A stretch of DNA of 64,000 nt, taken from NCBI GenBank assembly GCA_965237675.1, contig OZ250150.1:5088001-5152000 (forward strand), read 5' to 3'. Shown one piece after another: positions 40,765 to 49,326 of the stretch. A program made the position numbers and the translations under genes. How positions within the stretch are numbered: the stretch's first letter is position 1; the number at the start of each line of letters is the position of its first letter. The DNA comes from Candidatus Latescibacterota bacterium (GTDB lineage Bacteria > Latescibacterota > UBA2968 > GCA-2709665). A model generated the notes under the pieces. That model was not told the origin of the DNA and did not search any database. It was given only the letters and a program-made list of their open reading frames with translations.

Positions 40765-42078
40765 TCAATCCATAAACAGGTACCGGGCGATGAAAATCAC
40801 CGCCAGCAGATCCACCAGAGGATGCACTTCGCCCCCCCGTCTACCCAGACGCTTCACAATGGGAAATGCTATAAAGCCCATCGCAAGACCGTTCGAAATA
40901 CTGAACGTTAACGGCATGGCGATCATCGTCAAGAAGGCCGGCAAAGCATCCGTGACGTCGTGCCACTTCACGTTTGCCACCGATGCCATCATCAGCACGC
41001 CAACCACGATCAGCGCGGGCGCGGTCGCATACGCCGGAATCGCCACCATCAGGGGGGTCAGGAAGAGTGCCAGCAGAAACATACCACCCGTTACCACACT
41101 CGCGAAACCGGTGCGCGCTCCGGCCGAAATACCCGACGCGCTCTCAATATACGTTGTCACGGTCGACGTCCCGAAGAGTGAGCCGAATATCGTACCCAGT
41201 GAATCTGCCAGCAGCGCCCGGTTGGCTCGCGGCAGCCGTCCGCGTTCATCCAGGAACCCCGCTCTGCCTGACACACCCACAAGTGTACCCATTGTGTCGA
41301 ACAAATCCACGAACAGAAATACAAAGACCACACCGATCAACCCGACATCGAACGCAGACGTCAGGTTGACCGCCGCGACACCGAACAACCGCTCCGGCCA
41401 CGACGGTATACTGAAAAGACCCTGAGGTGTGGAAGTCACTCCCGTGATCATACCGAGAACCGCCACGCCCAGCATCCCCACTAATATGGCTCCCTTAATA
41501 CCTCGCGCCAACATCACACCCGTGCCCAGGACGCCCAACAGCGTAAGACCCACGGGCCCACTCCTGATGTCCCCCAGCGCAATCAGCGTTGTCGAATCGG
41601 CCGCAACAATTCCGGCATTCTTTAAACCGATAAACGCGATAAACAGCCCGATGCCGCACGCCGTTGCCTGTTTTATGGCCTCGGGCACCGCGTTGATTAT
41701 GGCCTCCCTGACCCGCATCAACGTCAGCAACGTAAATAGAACGCCGGATGCGAGAACCACGCCCAATGCCAGATCCCAACGCACGCCCATGCCCAGTACC
41801 ACCGAATACGTAAAAAAGGCATTCAATCCCATCCCGGGTGCCAGGGCAAAAGGGTAGTTCGCGGCGATGCCCATGATCAACGTCGCCAGTGCCGCGGAAA
41901 CACAGGTTGCGAACAACAGCTCTCCAAATAGATCCTTACCCAGCGCCTCCGCCAACATTCTCGGATTCACTGCAATTATATAGGCCATCGTCACGAACGA
42001 CGTCAGCCCCCCTATCACCTCTGTCCGGTAGGTTGTGCCCTTCTCTTCAAATCGAAAATACCTCGCAATTGCCTGCAC
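40765..42078 (-). CDS. NCS2/AzgA-type nucleobase permease
   Basis: FVTMAYIIAVNP, APGMGLNAFF, GIGLFIAFIG, DLFDTMGTL, TTYIESASG, GARTG; GTG start after ggag. Confidence 0.93.
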   Translation of the reverse strand: MQAIARYFRFEEKGTTYRTEVIGGLTSFVTMAYIIAVNPRMLAEALGKDLFGELLFATCVSAALATLIMGIAANYPFALAPGMGLNAFFTYSVVLGMGVRWDLALGVVLASGVLFTLLTLMRVREAIINAVPEAIKQATACGIGLFIAFIGLKNAGIVAADSTTLIALGDIRSGPVGLTLLGVLGTGVMLARGIKGAILVGMLGVAVLGMITGVTSTPQGLFSIPSWPERLFGVAAVNLTSAFDVGLIGVVFVFLFVDLFDTMGTLVGVSGRAGFLDERGRLPRANRALLADSLGTIFGSLFGTSTVTTYIESASGISAGARTGFASVVTGGMFLLALFLTPLMVAIPAYATAPALIVVGVLMMASVANVKWHDVTDALPAFLTMIAMPLTFSISNGLAMGFIAFPIVKRLGRRGGEVHPLVDLLAVIFIARYLFMD

Positions 42079-42406
42079 ATCGCTCTCCAAATGAGAATAG
42101 AAACATCGGCGACTCACCGTCTCCAGACGTGGTTTTCTCCGTGTCCAAAGTGTCGCCTCAAGGTTGTCCCCGCATCGGTCGCTCCGCCGTCCGTGCCCTT
42201 CGCCGGCACTGTGTCATCCGTTGATTCGCATATCGGAACACATACTCCGGGCAGTCGGCTTTACGCTTGATTTTGTATGTTACTCATATACATTGTACTT
42301 CAACCGGCAATCTGTCGAACCAGACGATCGCCCGATCTGCCGGTGGCCATCTGCCAACCCTCCAGGACAGCCAATTTCGCTCTTTTTCGAGACCCGGAGC
42401 CAAGGG

Positions 42407-43171
42407 ATGTCAGAAGATATCGGACTTATCCTGAAAAACTGGCCCTACGATCCGCAGAATAGCATTCGTAAAGTCATCGATCCCCGGGGCGTCGAAAAAA
42501 TCCAGGTGCGGGTGGACCAAGGCGCGTTTCAGGGCGTTTTGCAGATGGAACTGGACGGGCGACCCGACGGCCAGAAGCCCAACAATCAGACCTTTGTCCT
42601 GGACTACCACAAGAAACAGTTGCAGAAACACGTCGGCGCCTCCGGCTCGACAGCCGGCTTCAGCCTGGACGAGCATGCCTGTTCTGAGATCTTCGACGAA
42701 AGCAGGCGGATATACGAGCGATACGTATTTCTGCTCCAGATTCGAGACTACAACCGGGTTGTGCGTGATACCGAAAGAAATATGGAAGTGTTCCGCTTTG
42801 TAAATCAGTACGCTGAACGCGGAGAAGACCGGGACAACCTGGAAAAGTGGTGGCCCTACATTCTCAGAATCCACGCCGTCGCCAGGGTGATGATCGAAAC
42901 CCATCAAGAGGATTACGATACAGCCCTCGACATCATCCGGGACGCGCGGACGAAGATCGCGAACCTCGAGGATGTGGAGGCCGAAGCGTTCGAAATGGAA
43001 AAAAAGCGCTCTCAGGATTCCCTCAAAGAACTGGAAGAGGAAATACGAAGCAAACGCCCTCAGAGTCCCGCGGAGAAACTCAAAGAGGAATTGGCTCAAG
43101 CCGTTGAGGAAGAGGACTTTGAGCGCGCCGCAGCCATCCGGGACAAGATATGGGAGTTGGAAGAGAATTAG
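42407..43171 (+). CDS. UvrB/UvrC-motif-containing protein
   Basis: IQVRVD..GVLQMELDGRPDG; C-terminal UVR motif LAQAVEEEDFERAAAIRDKI. Confidence 0.85.
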   Translation: MSEDIGLILKNWPYDPQNSIRKVIDPRGVEKIQVRVDQGAFQGVLQMELDGRPDGQKPNNQTFVLDYHKKQLQKHVGASGSTAGFSLDEHACSEIFDESRRIYERYVFLLQIRDYNRVVRDTERNMEVFRFVNQYAERGEDRDNLEKWWPYILRIHAVARVMIETHQEDYDTALDIIRDARTKIANLEDVEAEAFEMEKKRSQDSLKELEEEIRSKRPQSPAEKLKEELAQAVEEEDFERAAAIRDKIWELEEN

Positions 43172-43383
43172 TGTTCTGTCCCGGAAACAGATTGCAGAAA
43201 TTCGGCCGGTGTGTCGCCCGGCTCGCAAGGCGCCTGCGACCTGCCGAAGGTCGGCGAGCGCGTTACGACAAGCTCAACGCACGCAACGCAGTGAGACGGG
43301 ATGAACCGGCGCCTGCCTGTGCGTGCAGCCTCACGCACGCAGACAGGGATGAATGGTGACATAGTTCAGGAGCAGGGCACCAG
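43169..43383 (+). mobile_element. MITE-like repeat, copy 2 (carries a nested palindrome)
   Basis: tagtgttctgtcccggaaacag...gaatggtgacatagttcaggagcagggcaccag; begins at the TAG stop of the upstream gene. Confidence 0.78.
43312..43347. repeat. REP-like palindrome nested in MITE copy 2
   Basis: cctgcctgtgcgtg-cagcctcacg-cacgcagacagg; absent from copies 1 and 3. Confidence 0.6.
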
Positions 43384-43627
43384 GCCGAAGATTCCCGGGA
43401 ATATGCCCGTGTTCCGCCGGATGCCGGTATGGCCGTGCGTTTCCGTTCCATTTCGAGCATCACCAGGTGTAGAACAAGGGTGCGCCGCTTCAAAATAGTC
43501 AATTTCCGCGGCCATCTGCAAGACCTTTGACAAACGGCGACAAGCGGCAACGAACAAGGTTGTCGGGGAATTCATCTCCGGAACGGACGTGAGCGCCCGC
43601 GCGATTCCGCCCACGACCAAAAACTCC

Positions 43628-43656
43628 TTGACATTTCCATTCAAAACCAATACTTT
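43628..43656 (+). promoter_or_regulatory. Sigma70-type promoter upstream of the ilvB leader
   Basis: TTGACA (43628-43633)-N17-TACTTT (43651-43656). Confidence 0.55.
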
Positions 43657-43763
43657 TCCTGAAAATGCGGATCACGCTGACATCGAAGCGTCCGCCAACA
43701 GTTCGCCGGGGGCCGCGCTTCGAGTTCGAAAGGAATTCCCCTGCGGTGCTGATTTTACGCGAT

Positions 43764-43850
43764 ATGCCCGTTGCAGTCCCGGTAGACAATAGCGTAACCC
43801 GGAACGGCGGCCTTATTGTATCCGTATCCCGGCGGCGGCAGGGCTCGTAG
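43764..43850 (+). CDS. ilvB attenuator leader peptide (MPVAVPVDNSVTRNGGLIVSVSRRRQGS)
   Basis: 28 aa with 6 Val + Leu + Ile; followed by a terminator with an overlapping antiterminator. Confidence 0.7.
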   Translation: MPVAVPVDNSVTRNGGLIVSVSRRRQGS

Positions 43851-43878
43851 CCAGATTGGCAATTTCACAAATTCAGCC

Positions 43879-43908
43879 CGCCGTCGATGCCGATTCGACG
43901 GCGTTTTT
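43879..43908 (+). terminator. ilvB attenuator terminator
   Basis: cgccgtcga-tgccgat-tcgacggcg-ttttt. Confidence 0.8.
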
Positions 43909-43945
43909 CTTTGTGGGTTTACCCCGCGGATTGACGGATTGGCAG

Positions 43946-43977
43946 TACGTGCTTATATTGCTACGTGCTTATATTGC
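43946..43977. repeat. Exact 16-bp tandem duplication
   Basis: tacgtgcttatattgc x2. Confidence 0.9.
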
Positions 43978-44024
43978 ATTGAATAGTTATAAAATGCCTT
44001 CTTAAACTCAGGAGTATTCGGTAA

Positions 44025-45800
44025 ATGAAAAAGGGATCTGAGCAAATCCACGCTTCCGAAACCAACGGGCGCCCAGAACAGGAAGTGGGGCTCAGGGGCG
44101 TGTCTTCGGCCATCGCATCGCCAATGAAAGGCGCGGATATCCTGGTGGAAGCGCTGGTCAGGGAGGGTGTCGACGTCATCTTCGGATATCCTGGCGGCGC
44201 CAGCATGGAAATTCATCAGTCGCTCACACGTTCCAGGATCCGCAACGTACTGTGCCGGCACGAACAGGGTGAGATCTTTGCCGCGGAAGGATTTGCCAAG
44301 GCGTCGGGCAGGGTAGGCGTGTGTCTGGCCACGTCAGGGCCGGGAGCCACCAACCTGGTCACCGGGTTGGCGGATGCCAAGATGGATTCCGTTCCCCTGG
44401 TGGCAATCACGGGCCAGGTGGCGACACATGCGATGGGCGGCGACGCCTTTCAGGAGACGCCCATCGTGGAGGTCACCCGGCAAATTACCAAACACAACTT
44501 CCTGATCGACCGCGTAGAGGATATTCCACGCATTGTAAAGGAATCATTCTACATTGCAAAAACGGGCCGGCCCGGACCCGTCCTGGTCGATGTGCCGAAA
44601 GATATACAGCAGGCGCTGCACACTCCGGTCTGGCCGGAACGCGTGTCCATTCGAAGCTACAGTCCGCATATCCGCGCGGAAAGTGAAGCAATTGATGGCA
44701 TTGCCCGCGCCATCCGCGAATCCGAACGCCCCGTACTCTACGTCGGCGGCGGCGTGGTGGCTGCGGGCGCGGCCGAGCAACTTCGCGAACTGGTCCGCAA
44801 GACCAGTATTCCCGTGGTGCAAACGCTCATGGGTCTGGGCGTTTTCCCGGAAACCCATCCGCTCTCGCTCAGGATGGTTGGTATGCACGGCACCGTGTAC
44901 GCCAACTACGCGATCAACCATGCGGACCTGTTGCTGGCAATGGGCGTGCGTTTCGACGACCGCGTTACCGGCAAACTCGAGGAATTTTGCAAACACGGAA
45001 AAATCGTGCATGTCGACATCGACCCATCTGAGATTAACAAGAACAAAACCGCGCACATTCCTGTTGTCGGCGACGTTAAATACGCCCTCGAGGACCTGAA
45101 CAGACAGGTGGAGCCCGGAGACTACGCCGCCTGGCATGCCGAATTGGAAACCTGGCGACAGAAACATCCGCTCGCCTACCAGGAAACGGACGACGCGATC
45201 CTGCCGCAGCACGCCATAGATCTGCTGTACCGATTGACGGAAGGAAAGGCCGTGGTCTCTACCGGGGTGGGACAGCATCAGATGTGGGCCGCTCAGTATT
45301 ACCTCTTTGACGAACCTCGCAACTGGCTCACGTCGGGCGGTCTGGGCGCCATGGGTTTCGGTCTGCCCGCCGCCCTGGGCGCGCAACTGGCCAGACCGGA
45401 CGACCTGGTCGTCAACGTCGACGGCGACGGGAGCTTCGTGATGAACGTGCAGGAACTGGCCACTCTATATGTGGAAAAACTGCCCGTCAAGACCATCATC
45501 ATCAATAACCAGCATCTGGGTATGGTGGTTCAGTGGGAAGACCGATTCTACCAGAGCAACCGCGGACACACGTTCATAGGCGATCCGGACGGCGGCATCC
45601 ATCCCGATTTTGTCAAAATTGCCGAGGGCTTCGGGATTCCCGCAGAGCGGGTGGAACATAAGGGAGACCTACAGAGCGCCCTGGAACGCCTGCTGGAGAC
45701 ACCCGGCCCCTGCTTGCTCGACGTAATCGTTCCCTACCAGGAACATGTACTGCCCATGATTCCCGCCGGCCATACCTTTGCGGATATCATCACTGAGTGA
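44025..45800 (+). CDS. ilvB: Acetolactate synthase large subunit (biosynthetic)
   Basis: [66 protein letters not shown]. Confidence 0.96.
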   Translation: MKKGSEQIHASETNGRPEQEVGLRGVSSAIASPMKGADILVEALVREGVDVIFGYPGGASMEIHQSLTRSRIRNVLCRHEQGEIFAAEGFAKASGRVGVCLATSGPGATNLVTGLADAKMDSVPLVAITGQVATHAMGGDAFQETPIVEVTRQITKHNFLIDRVEDIPRIVKESFYIAKTGRPGPVLVDVPKDIQQALHTPVWPERVSIRSYSPHIRAESEAIDGIARAIRESERPVLYVGGGVVAAGAAEQLRELVRKTSIPVVQTLMGLGVFPETHPLSLRMVGMHGTVYANYAINHADLLLAMGVRFDDRVTGKLEEFCKHGKIVHVDIDPSEINKNKTAHIPVVGDVKYALEDLNRQVEPGDYAAWHAELETWRQKHPLAYQETDDAILPQHAIDLLYRLTEGKAVVSTGVGQHQMWAAQYYLFDEPRNWLTSGGLGAMGFGLPAALGAQLARPDDLVVNVDGDGSFVMNVQELATLYVEKLPVKTIIINNQHLGMVVQWEDRFYQSNRGHTFIGDPDGGIHPDFVKIAEGFGIPAERVEHKGDLQSALERLLETPGPCLLDVIVPYQEHVLPMIPAGHTFADIITE

Positions 45801-45823
45801 ACGCTCATAACACGGATCAGCCG

Positions 45824-45854
45824 CCGGATGCTGTCCCACAGCATCCGGTTTTTT
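45824..45854 (+). terminator. Terminator after ilvB
   Basis: ccggatgctgt-ccc-acagcatccgg-tttttt. Confidence 0.88.
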
Positions 45855-45864
45855 ATATCCGCAG

Positions 45865-45894
45865 GGAACGACGGCCTTGCCGCGCCTGTCTAAG
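45865..45894 (+). promoter_or_regulatory. ECF sigma promoter 1 (autoregulatory)
   Basis: GGAACG-N17-GTCTAAG; identical boxes and spacing at 47969-47998. Confidence 0.75.
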
Positions 45895-46031
45895 AAATTG
45901 CGTAGACAGATTGCGGGCGAAGGGCCCGACCCGAAGGCAATACGCAGCCTTTTTTCGGATTGCTGCCGTTTGGCCCGTTTCAGTCTCCAAAAACATTGGT
46001 TTGGATCTATGTCTTGTTTCCGGGAGCCCGA

Positions 46032-46622
46032 ATGGCTGAGGATCTGGATCTCGTCAGACGCTGCCAGGAGGGAGACCACCAGGCATATCGCGTCCTTGTG
46101 GAACGTTACGAAGGGCGTCTCTACAACCTCGCATGTTCAATCTTGGGAGACCGGGAAGTCGCCCGGGATGCCGCACAGACAGCCTTCATTCGAGCATACC
46201 AGGCCCTGCCCCGATTCCGCGCTGACGCCGGCTTCTACACATGGCTCTACAGAATTGCCGTCAATGTCTGTCTCAACGCGGCCCAGAAAGAGAAACGCCG
46301 CCGGGATTCAACATCGCTCGACGACCTGCTGGAAACGGGACACTTTACTTCCGAACACCTGTGGGAACTTCAGACACCCGCCGGTAATTTCGAGCGGCTG
46401 CAGCTACAGGAAACCATCCAGGATTACCTGAATCATCTATCGCCTGAACATCGCATGGTTATCGTGCTTAAAGACATCGAAGGTTTCTCTCAGGAAGAAA
46501 TCTCGGAGACGCTGAATTGTTCGGTCGGTACGGTCAAGTCTCGTCTTTCTCGGGCCCGGGCACAACTAAGAGACCTTCTCCGGCCCGTATACGCCGAATG
46601 GAAGGATGGAACGTCGCCATGA
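46032..46622 (+). CDS. ECF RNA polymerase sigma factor
   Basis: DLVRRCQEGD, DAAQTAF, FYTWLYRIAVN, EISETLNCSVGTVKSRLSRAR. Confidence 0.95.
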   Translation: MAEDLDLVRRCQEGDHQAYRVLVERYEGRLYNLACSILGDREVARDAAQTAFIRAYQALPRFRADAGFYTWLYRIAVNVCLNAAQKEKRRRDSTSLDDLLETGHFTSEHLWELQTPAGNFERLQLQETIQDYLNHLSPEHRMVIVLKDIEGFSQEEISETLNCSVGTVKSRLSRARAQLRDLLRPVYAEWKDGTSP

Positions 46623-47062
46623 CAGATTCCGAAGTGAAAAGCCTTCTACCCGACTACCTGGAATCCAACCTGCCGCCGGAACGGATGCGCCAGGTCGAAG
46701 CACACCTCTCCCTCTCGGAGGCCTGCCGGGAAGAACTGGTATTTCTCAAACGCATTCAAGGGCTGTTAGCATCCAGGCCCAGATCCGCATCCCCCAACCT
46801 GTGGCAGGGCATCGAGCGACATATTGTCCTCCAAAACCTTCAGGAGCCCTGGAATCAGTTTGAATGGGTCGGCAAGCGGTTCCTCCCTATCCTGGTTGCA
46901 GCGGTCCTGCTTCTGGCTGTTTTGGGCAACCTCACAACCGAAGCGCCCGCAGTCACCCTGGAAGACTATCTAAGGGCCCAGTGGGATGAGCCGGAAGCGC
47001 TAATGCTCTCCGACGCCGAACTCTCCCACGACGACGTCCTTCATATTCTGCAGACGAGGTAG
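46619..47062 (+). CDS. Membrane-anchored anti-sigma factor (degenerate zf-HC2)
   Basis: ATGA overlap with the sigma stop; LLPDYLE..VEAHLSLSEAC; single TM. Confidence 0.82.
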   Translation: MTDSEVKSLLPDYLESNLPPERMRQVEAHLSLSEACREELVFLKRIQGLLASRPRSASPNLWQGIERHIVLQNLQEPWNQFEWVGKRFLPILVAAVLLLAVLGNLTTEAPAVTLEDYLRAQWDEPEALMLSDAELSHDDVLHILQTR

Positions 47063-47065
47063 TTC

Positions 47066-47959
47066 ATGTTGAAAAATGCCACCCGCGCAAACGCCGCACT
47101 GCTGGCACTGGGCATTTTCGTCCTCGGAATCGTTGTTGGCGCAACGTACCATCGCTGGCTTCCCGATGGAAAAAGGCAATGGACGCGGGAACGTCCCGGA
47201 CGCCGCGGTGCTCCTCTTATGGGCGCAACTTCGGAACGCTTGCTTAAACGATACACCAGGAACCTTGAACTGACAGAGGACCAACAGGCGGAAATCGAGC
47301 GGATTCTGGATGAAAGCCGGAAGACCATGGGCGATGTACGGAAGGGAATTCGTGCAAGAATCGACTCGGTCACGCGGAAGACATGGGCCAGAATCCGTGA
47401 TGCTCTAAGGCCTGACCAACAGGAAAGATTCGACGAATTGACCAGCCCGGTGTCGCCGAAGAATATCCAGCGTCGTCTCGTCAAACGCCTCGAACTCAAC
47501 CAGGAACAACAGGCACAGGTATCACGAATCCTCAAGGAAAACTGGGCATGGATGCAAAAAATGCGCCGGGAAATCCGTGAGAAAATAAGGGCGAATGAAA
47601 AGAATACGTACACTGAAGTGTACAACGTGCTCACACCCGAACAAATGAAACAATACAAGATGAAGAAACCGGTTTCTTCACGTCGATTCTACCGCCGGTG
47701 GGACCTCGACCTATCGGACGAGCAGCGGGCGAAAATCGAACAGATCGAGAAGAAAAACCGTCAGGCAACACGCCGGCTGTTCCAGGAACGCGACGAGCAA
47801 CTCGCGTTGATCGCCGGCAAGACGTGGTCGGAAATCAAGACCCACCTCCATTCAGATCAGGTTGACGAGTTCGATCGAATCATCGAGGATATCGATGGAC
47901 GCATCGGATGGAAACGCCAGTTCAGACGCAGACCAGGAAGCAAGCCGTTCGCTTTCTGA
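47066..47959 (+). CDS. Periplasmic protein with multiple LTxxQ (Spy/CpxP-like) repeats
   Basis: N-terminal TM; LELTEDQ, LRPDQ, LELNQEQ, LTPEQ, LDLSDEQ, LHSDQ. Confidence 0.78.
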   Translation: MLKNATRANAALLALGIFVLGIVVGATYHRWLPDGKRQWTRERPGRRGAPLMGATSERLLKRYTRNLELTEDQQAEIERILDESRKTMGDVRKGIRARIDSVTRKTWARIRDALRPDQQERFDELTSPVSPKNIQRRLVKRLELNQEQQAQVSRILKENWAWMQKMRREIREKIRANEKNTYTEVYNVLTPEQMKQYKMKKPVSSRRFYRRWDLDLSDEQRAKIEQIEKKNRQATRRLFQERDEQLALIAGKTWSEIKTHLHSDQVDEFDRIIEDIDGRIGWKRQFRRRPGSKPFAF

Positions 47960-47968
47960 TCGTGCCGG

Positions 47969-47998
47969 GGAACGCGCGGATAAGACTCCCGGTCTAAG
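47969..47998 (+). promoter_or_regulatory. ECF sigma promoter 2
   Basis: GGAACG-N17-GTCTAAG upstream of the Spy/CpxP gene. Confidence 0.75.
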
Positions 47999-48130
47999 TT
48001 GTGAAGCCTTCGTTGTCCGTCCTCAAACCACCCGAAAATAGAAGACCTCTCTCCCGCGGGCAACCGCCCCAGGAACGACAGCCGGGGAAACTGAGTCCTC
48101 ACTAGCCGGGAAACCGAAAGGAGTCGAACC

Positions 48131-48646
48131 ATGAAACGTCTAGCTCTCATCGTTGCCATCGCCATTCCCATTGTTGTCATCGCCTTGGCACTACCCTCCA
48201 ACGCCCATCGCGGCAAACGTGGCTGGAAAGCCCGCGGAGTGCCGATGGCAGCCCTGGAACTCTCAGTAGAACAGCGGAGCCAATTGGAAGGTCTCGAACT
48301 GGAGCGGGCCAAACAGATGGCCCAACTGCGGGCCGACCTGAAAGTCGCCAGGCTGGACCTCCGTGCCACGATACGGCAAGACGCCCCTGACCCGGCCGAA
48401 GTCAAAGCGCGGGTAAACGCCGTCAACAACGCCCGATCCCTGATTCTGGAAAGCCGGGTCAACCACCGGCTTAAAGTCAACAGCGTCCTGTCCCCGGAGC
48501 AGCGGAACAAGCTTCGCGAAATCCGAAGGGATCGATCCCAAAAAGGATTCCACAAGATGTGGCGCAAAGATCGTTCCCAGAACCGTTTACGTGGAATGGG
48601 ACATCCCGGACCGGACCGCATCGACGATCGCCCCTCTTCGATTTGA
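48131..48646 (+). CDS. Spy/CpxP/ZraP-family periplasmic chaperone
   Basis: Signal peptide, LELSVEQ, PDPAEV, VLSPEQR; RBS aaggag. Confidence 0.87.
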   Translation: MKRLALIVAIAIPIVVIALALPSNAHRGKRGWKARGVPMAALELSVEQRSQLEGLELERAKQMAQLRADLKVARLDLRATIRQDAPDPAEVKARVNAVNNARSLILESRVNHRLKVNSVLSPEQRNKLREIRRDRSQKGFHKMWRKDRSQNRLRGMGHPGPDRIDDRPSSI

Positions 48647-48677
48647 CTGAACATGCCGGGAAAGAAAGGTTCCAGAA

Positions 48678-48809
48678 ATGTCGCTTGGCAGATTTGCCGT
48701 CACTTCCGTCGTTGCCTCATTCACGCTCCTCGGGTGCGGAAACAAGATCCCGATCGACTCACCAACCGGGGCGGTAGAATCCCGAATTGCCTTGCCATCA
48801 CAAGGGTGA
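48678..48809 (+). CDS. Putative 43-aa small lipoprotein (or lipoprotein remnant)
   Basis: MSLGRFAVTSVVASFTLLG-C-GNKIPIDSPTG...; lipobox LLGC; aaagg upstream. Confidence 0.45.
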   Translation: MSLGRFAVTSVVASFTLLGCGNKIPIDSPTGAVESRIALPSQG

Positions 48810-48820
48810 AGGTCTATCTT
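48792..48820 (+). promoter_or_regulatory. Sigma70-type promoter upstream of the valS leader
   Basis: TTGCCA-N17-TATCTT. Confidence 0.55.
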
Positions 48821-48864
48821 TCGGTGAATCTAAACGCTGAAACCTCAAACACAGAACGAAACCC

Positions 48865-48990
48865 ATGAACACCATCGGCCACAGGTTCCTGGATTTCTCG
48901 CTGCGGGGCAGCGTAAATGACGTCGTACGCCCTGTAATCGATTTGAATTCGGTCAATAGTCATAGGACTCCGTGGCGGATTGTGGTATAG
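48865..48990 (+). CDS. Putative valS attenuator leader peptide (41 aa, 7 Val)
   Basis: MNTIGHRFLDFSLRGSVNDVVRPVIDLNSVNSHRTPWRIVV*; tggcggatt (48973-48981) is near-complementary to the terminator 5' arm. Confidence 0.6.
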   Translation: MNTIGHRFLDFSLRGSVNDVVRPVIDLNSVNSHRTPWRIVV

Positions 48991-49013
48991 CAGCGCAAAC
49001 GAAAAACATCAGT

Positions 49014-49050
49014 AACCCGCCATCGAGTCCACTCGATGGCGGGTTTTTTT
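49014..49050 (+). terminator. Strong intrinsic terminator upstream of valS
   Basis: aacccgccatcgagt-cc-actcgatggcgggtt-ttttt. Confidence 0.92.
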
Positions 49051-49078
49051 ATTGCTATTCACACCTCAAGGAAACCTG

Positions 49079-49264
49079 ATGACGAGGCGAGAAGACAGAG
49101 TGCGGCAATCCGTACAGATGGCTACCGAATATGACCACCGGGAGGACAAACGGGCCAACCTCCTGGCCGCCGCAGAGGTACAATGCGACTGGCTGCGGTA
49201 GATAGGATTTCGGAATGTGGTCTGTTACTTCAAGATCCTCGAACTCGCCGTCTTCGACGGTTGA
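49079..49264 (+). pseudogene. C-terminal fragment of a class I SAM methyltransferase with an internal TAG
   Basis: ...EDKRANLLAAAEVQCDWLR*IGFRNVVCYFKILELAVFDG*; resembles methyltransferase C-termini. Confidence 0.55.
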
Positions 49265-49326
49265 AGATTACGTGGTACGGAACCAACGGATTCGGAGAAT
49301 GGGAAATTCCTCCCGGGAGAATCAGA

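Noticed and set aside
39560-41425. 621-aa + strand ORF
   Set aside because: Antisense to the hydantoinase A and NCS2 genes; not protein-like
42080-42330. Purine riboswitch upstream of the NCS2 permease
   Set aside because: The conserved purine-aptamer core could not be found on the minus strand
48820-49050. T-box riboswitch upstream of valS
   Set aside because: No GGTGGNACC T-box sequence or recognisable stem I; the closest match tgtggtatagc lacks ACC, and the leader-peptide model fits better
49199-49201. Pyrrolysine or amber read-through in the methyltransferase fragment
   Set aside because: The fragment lacks the SAM-binding N-terminus anyway, TAG is a normal stop elsewhere in the window, and no pyl genes are seen
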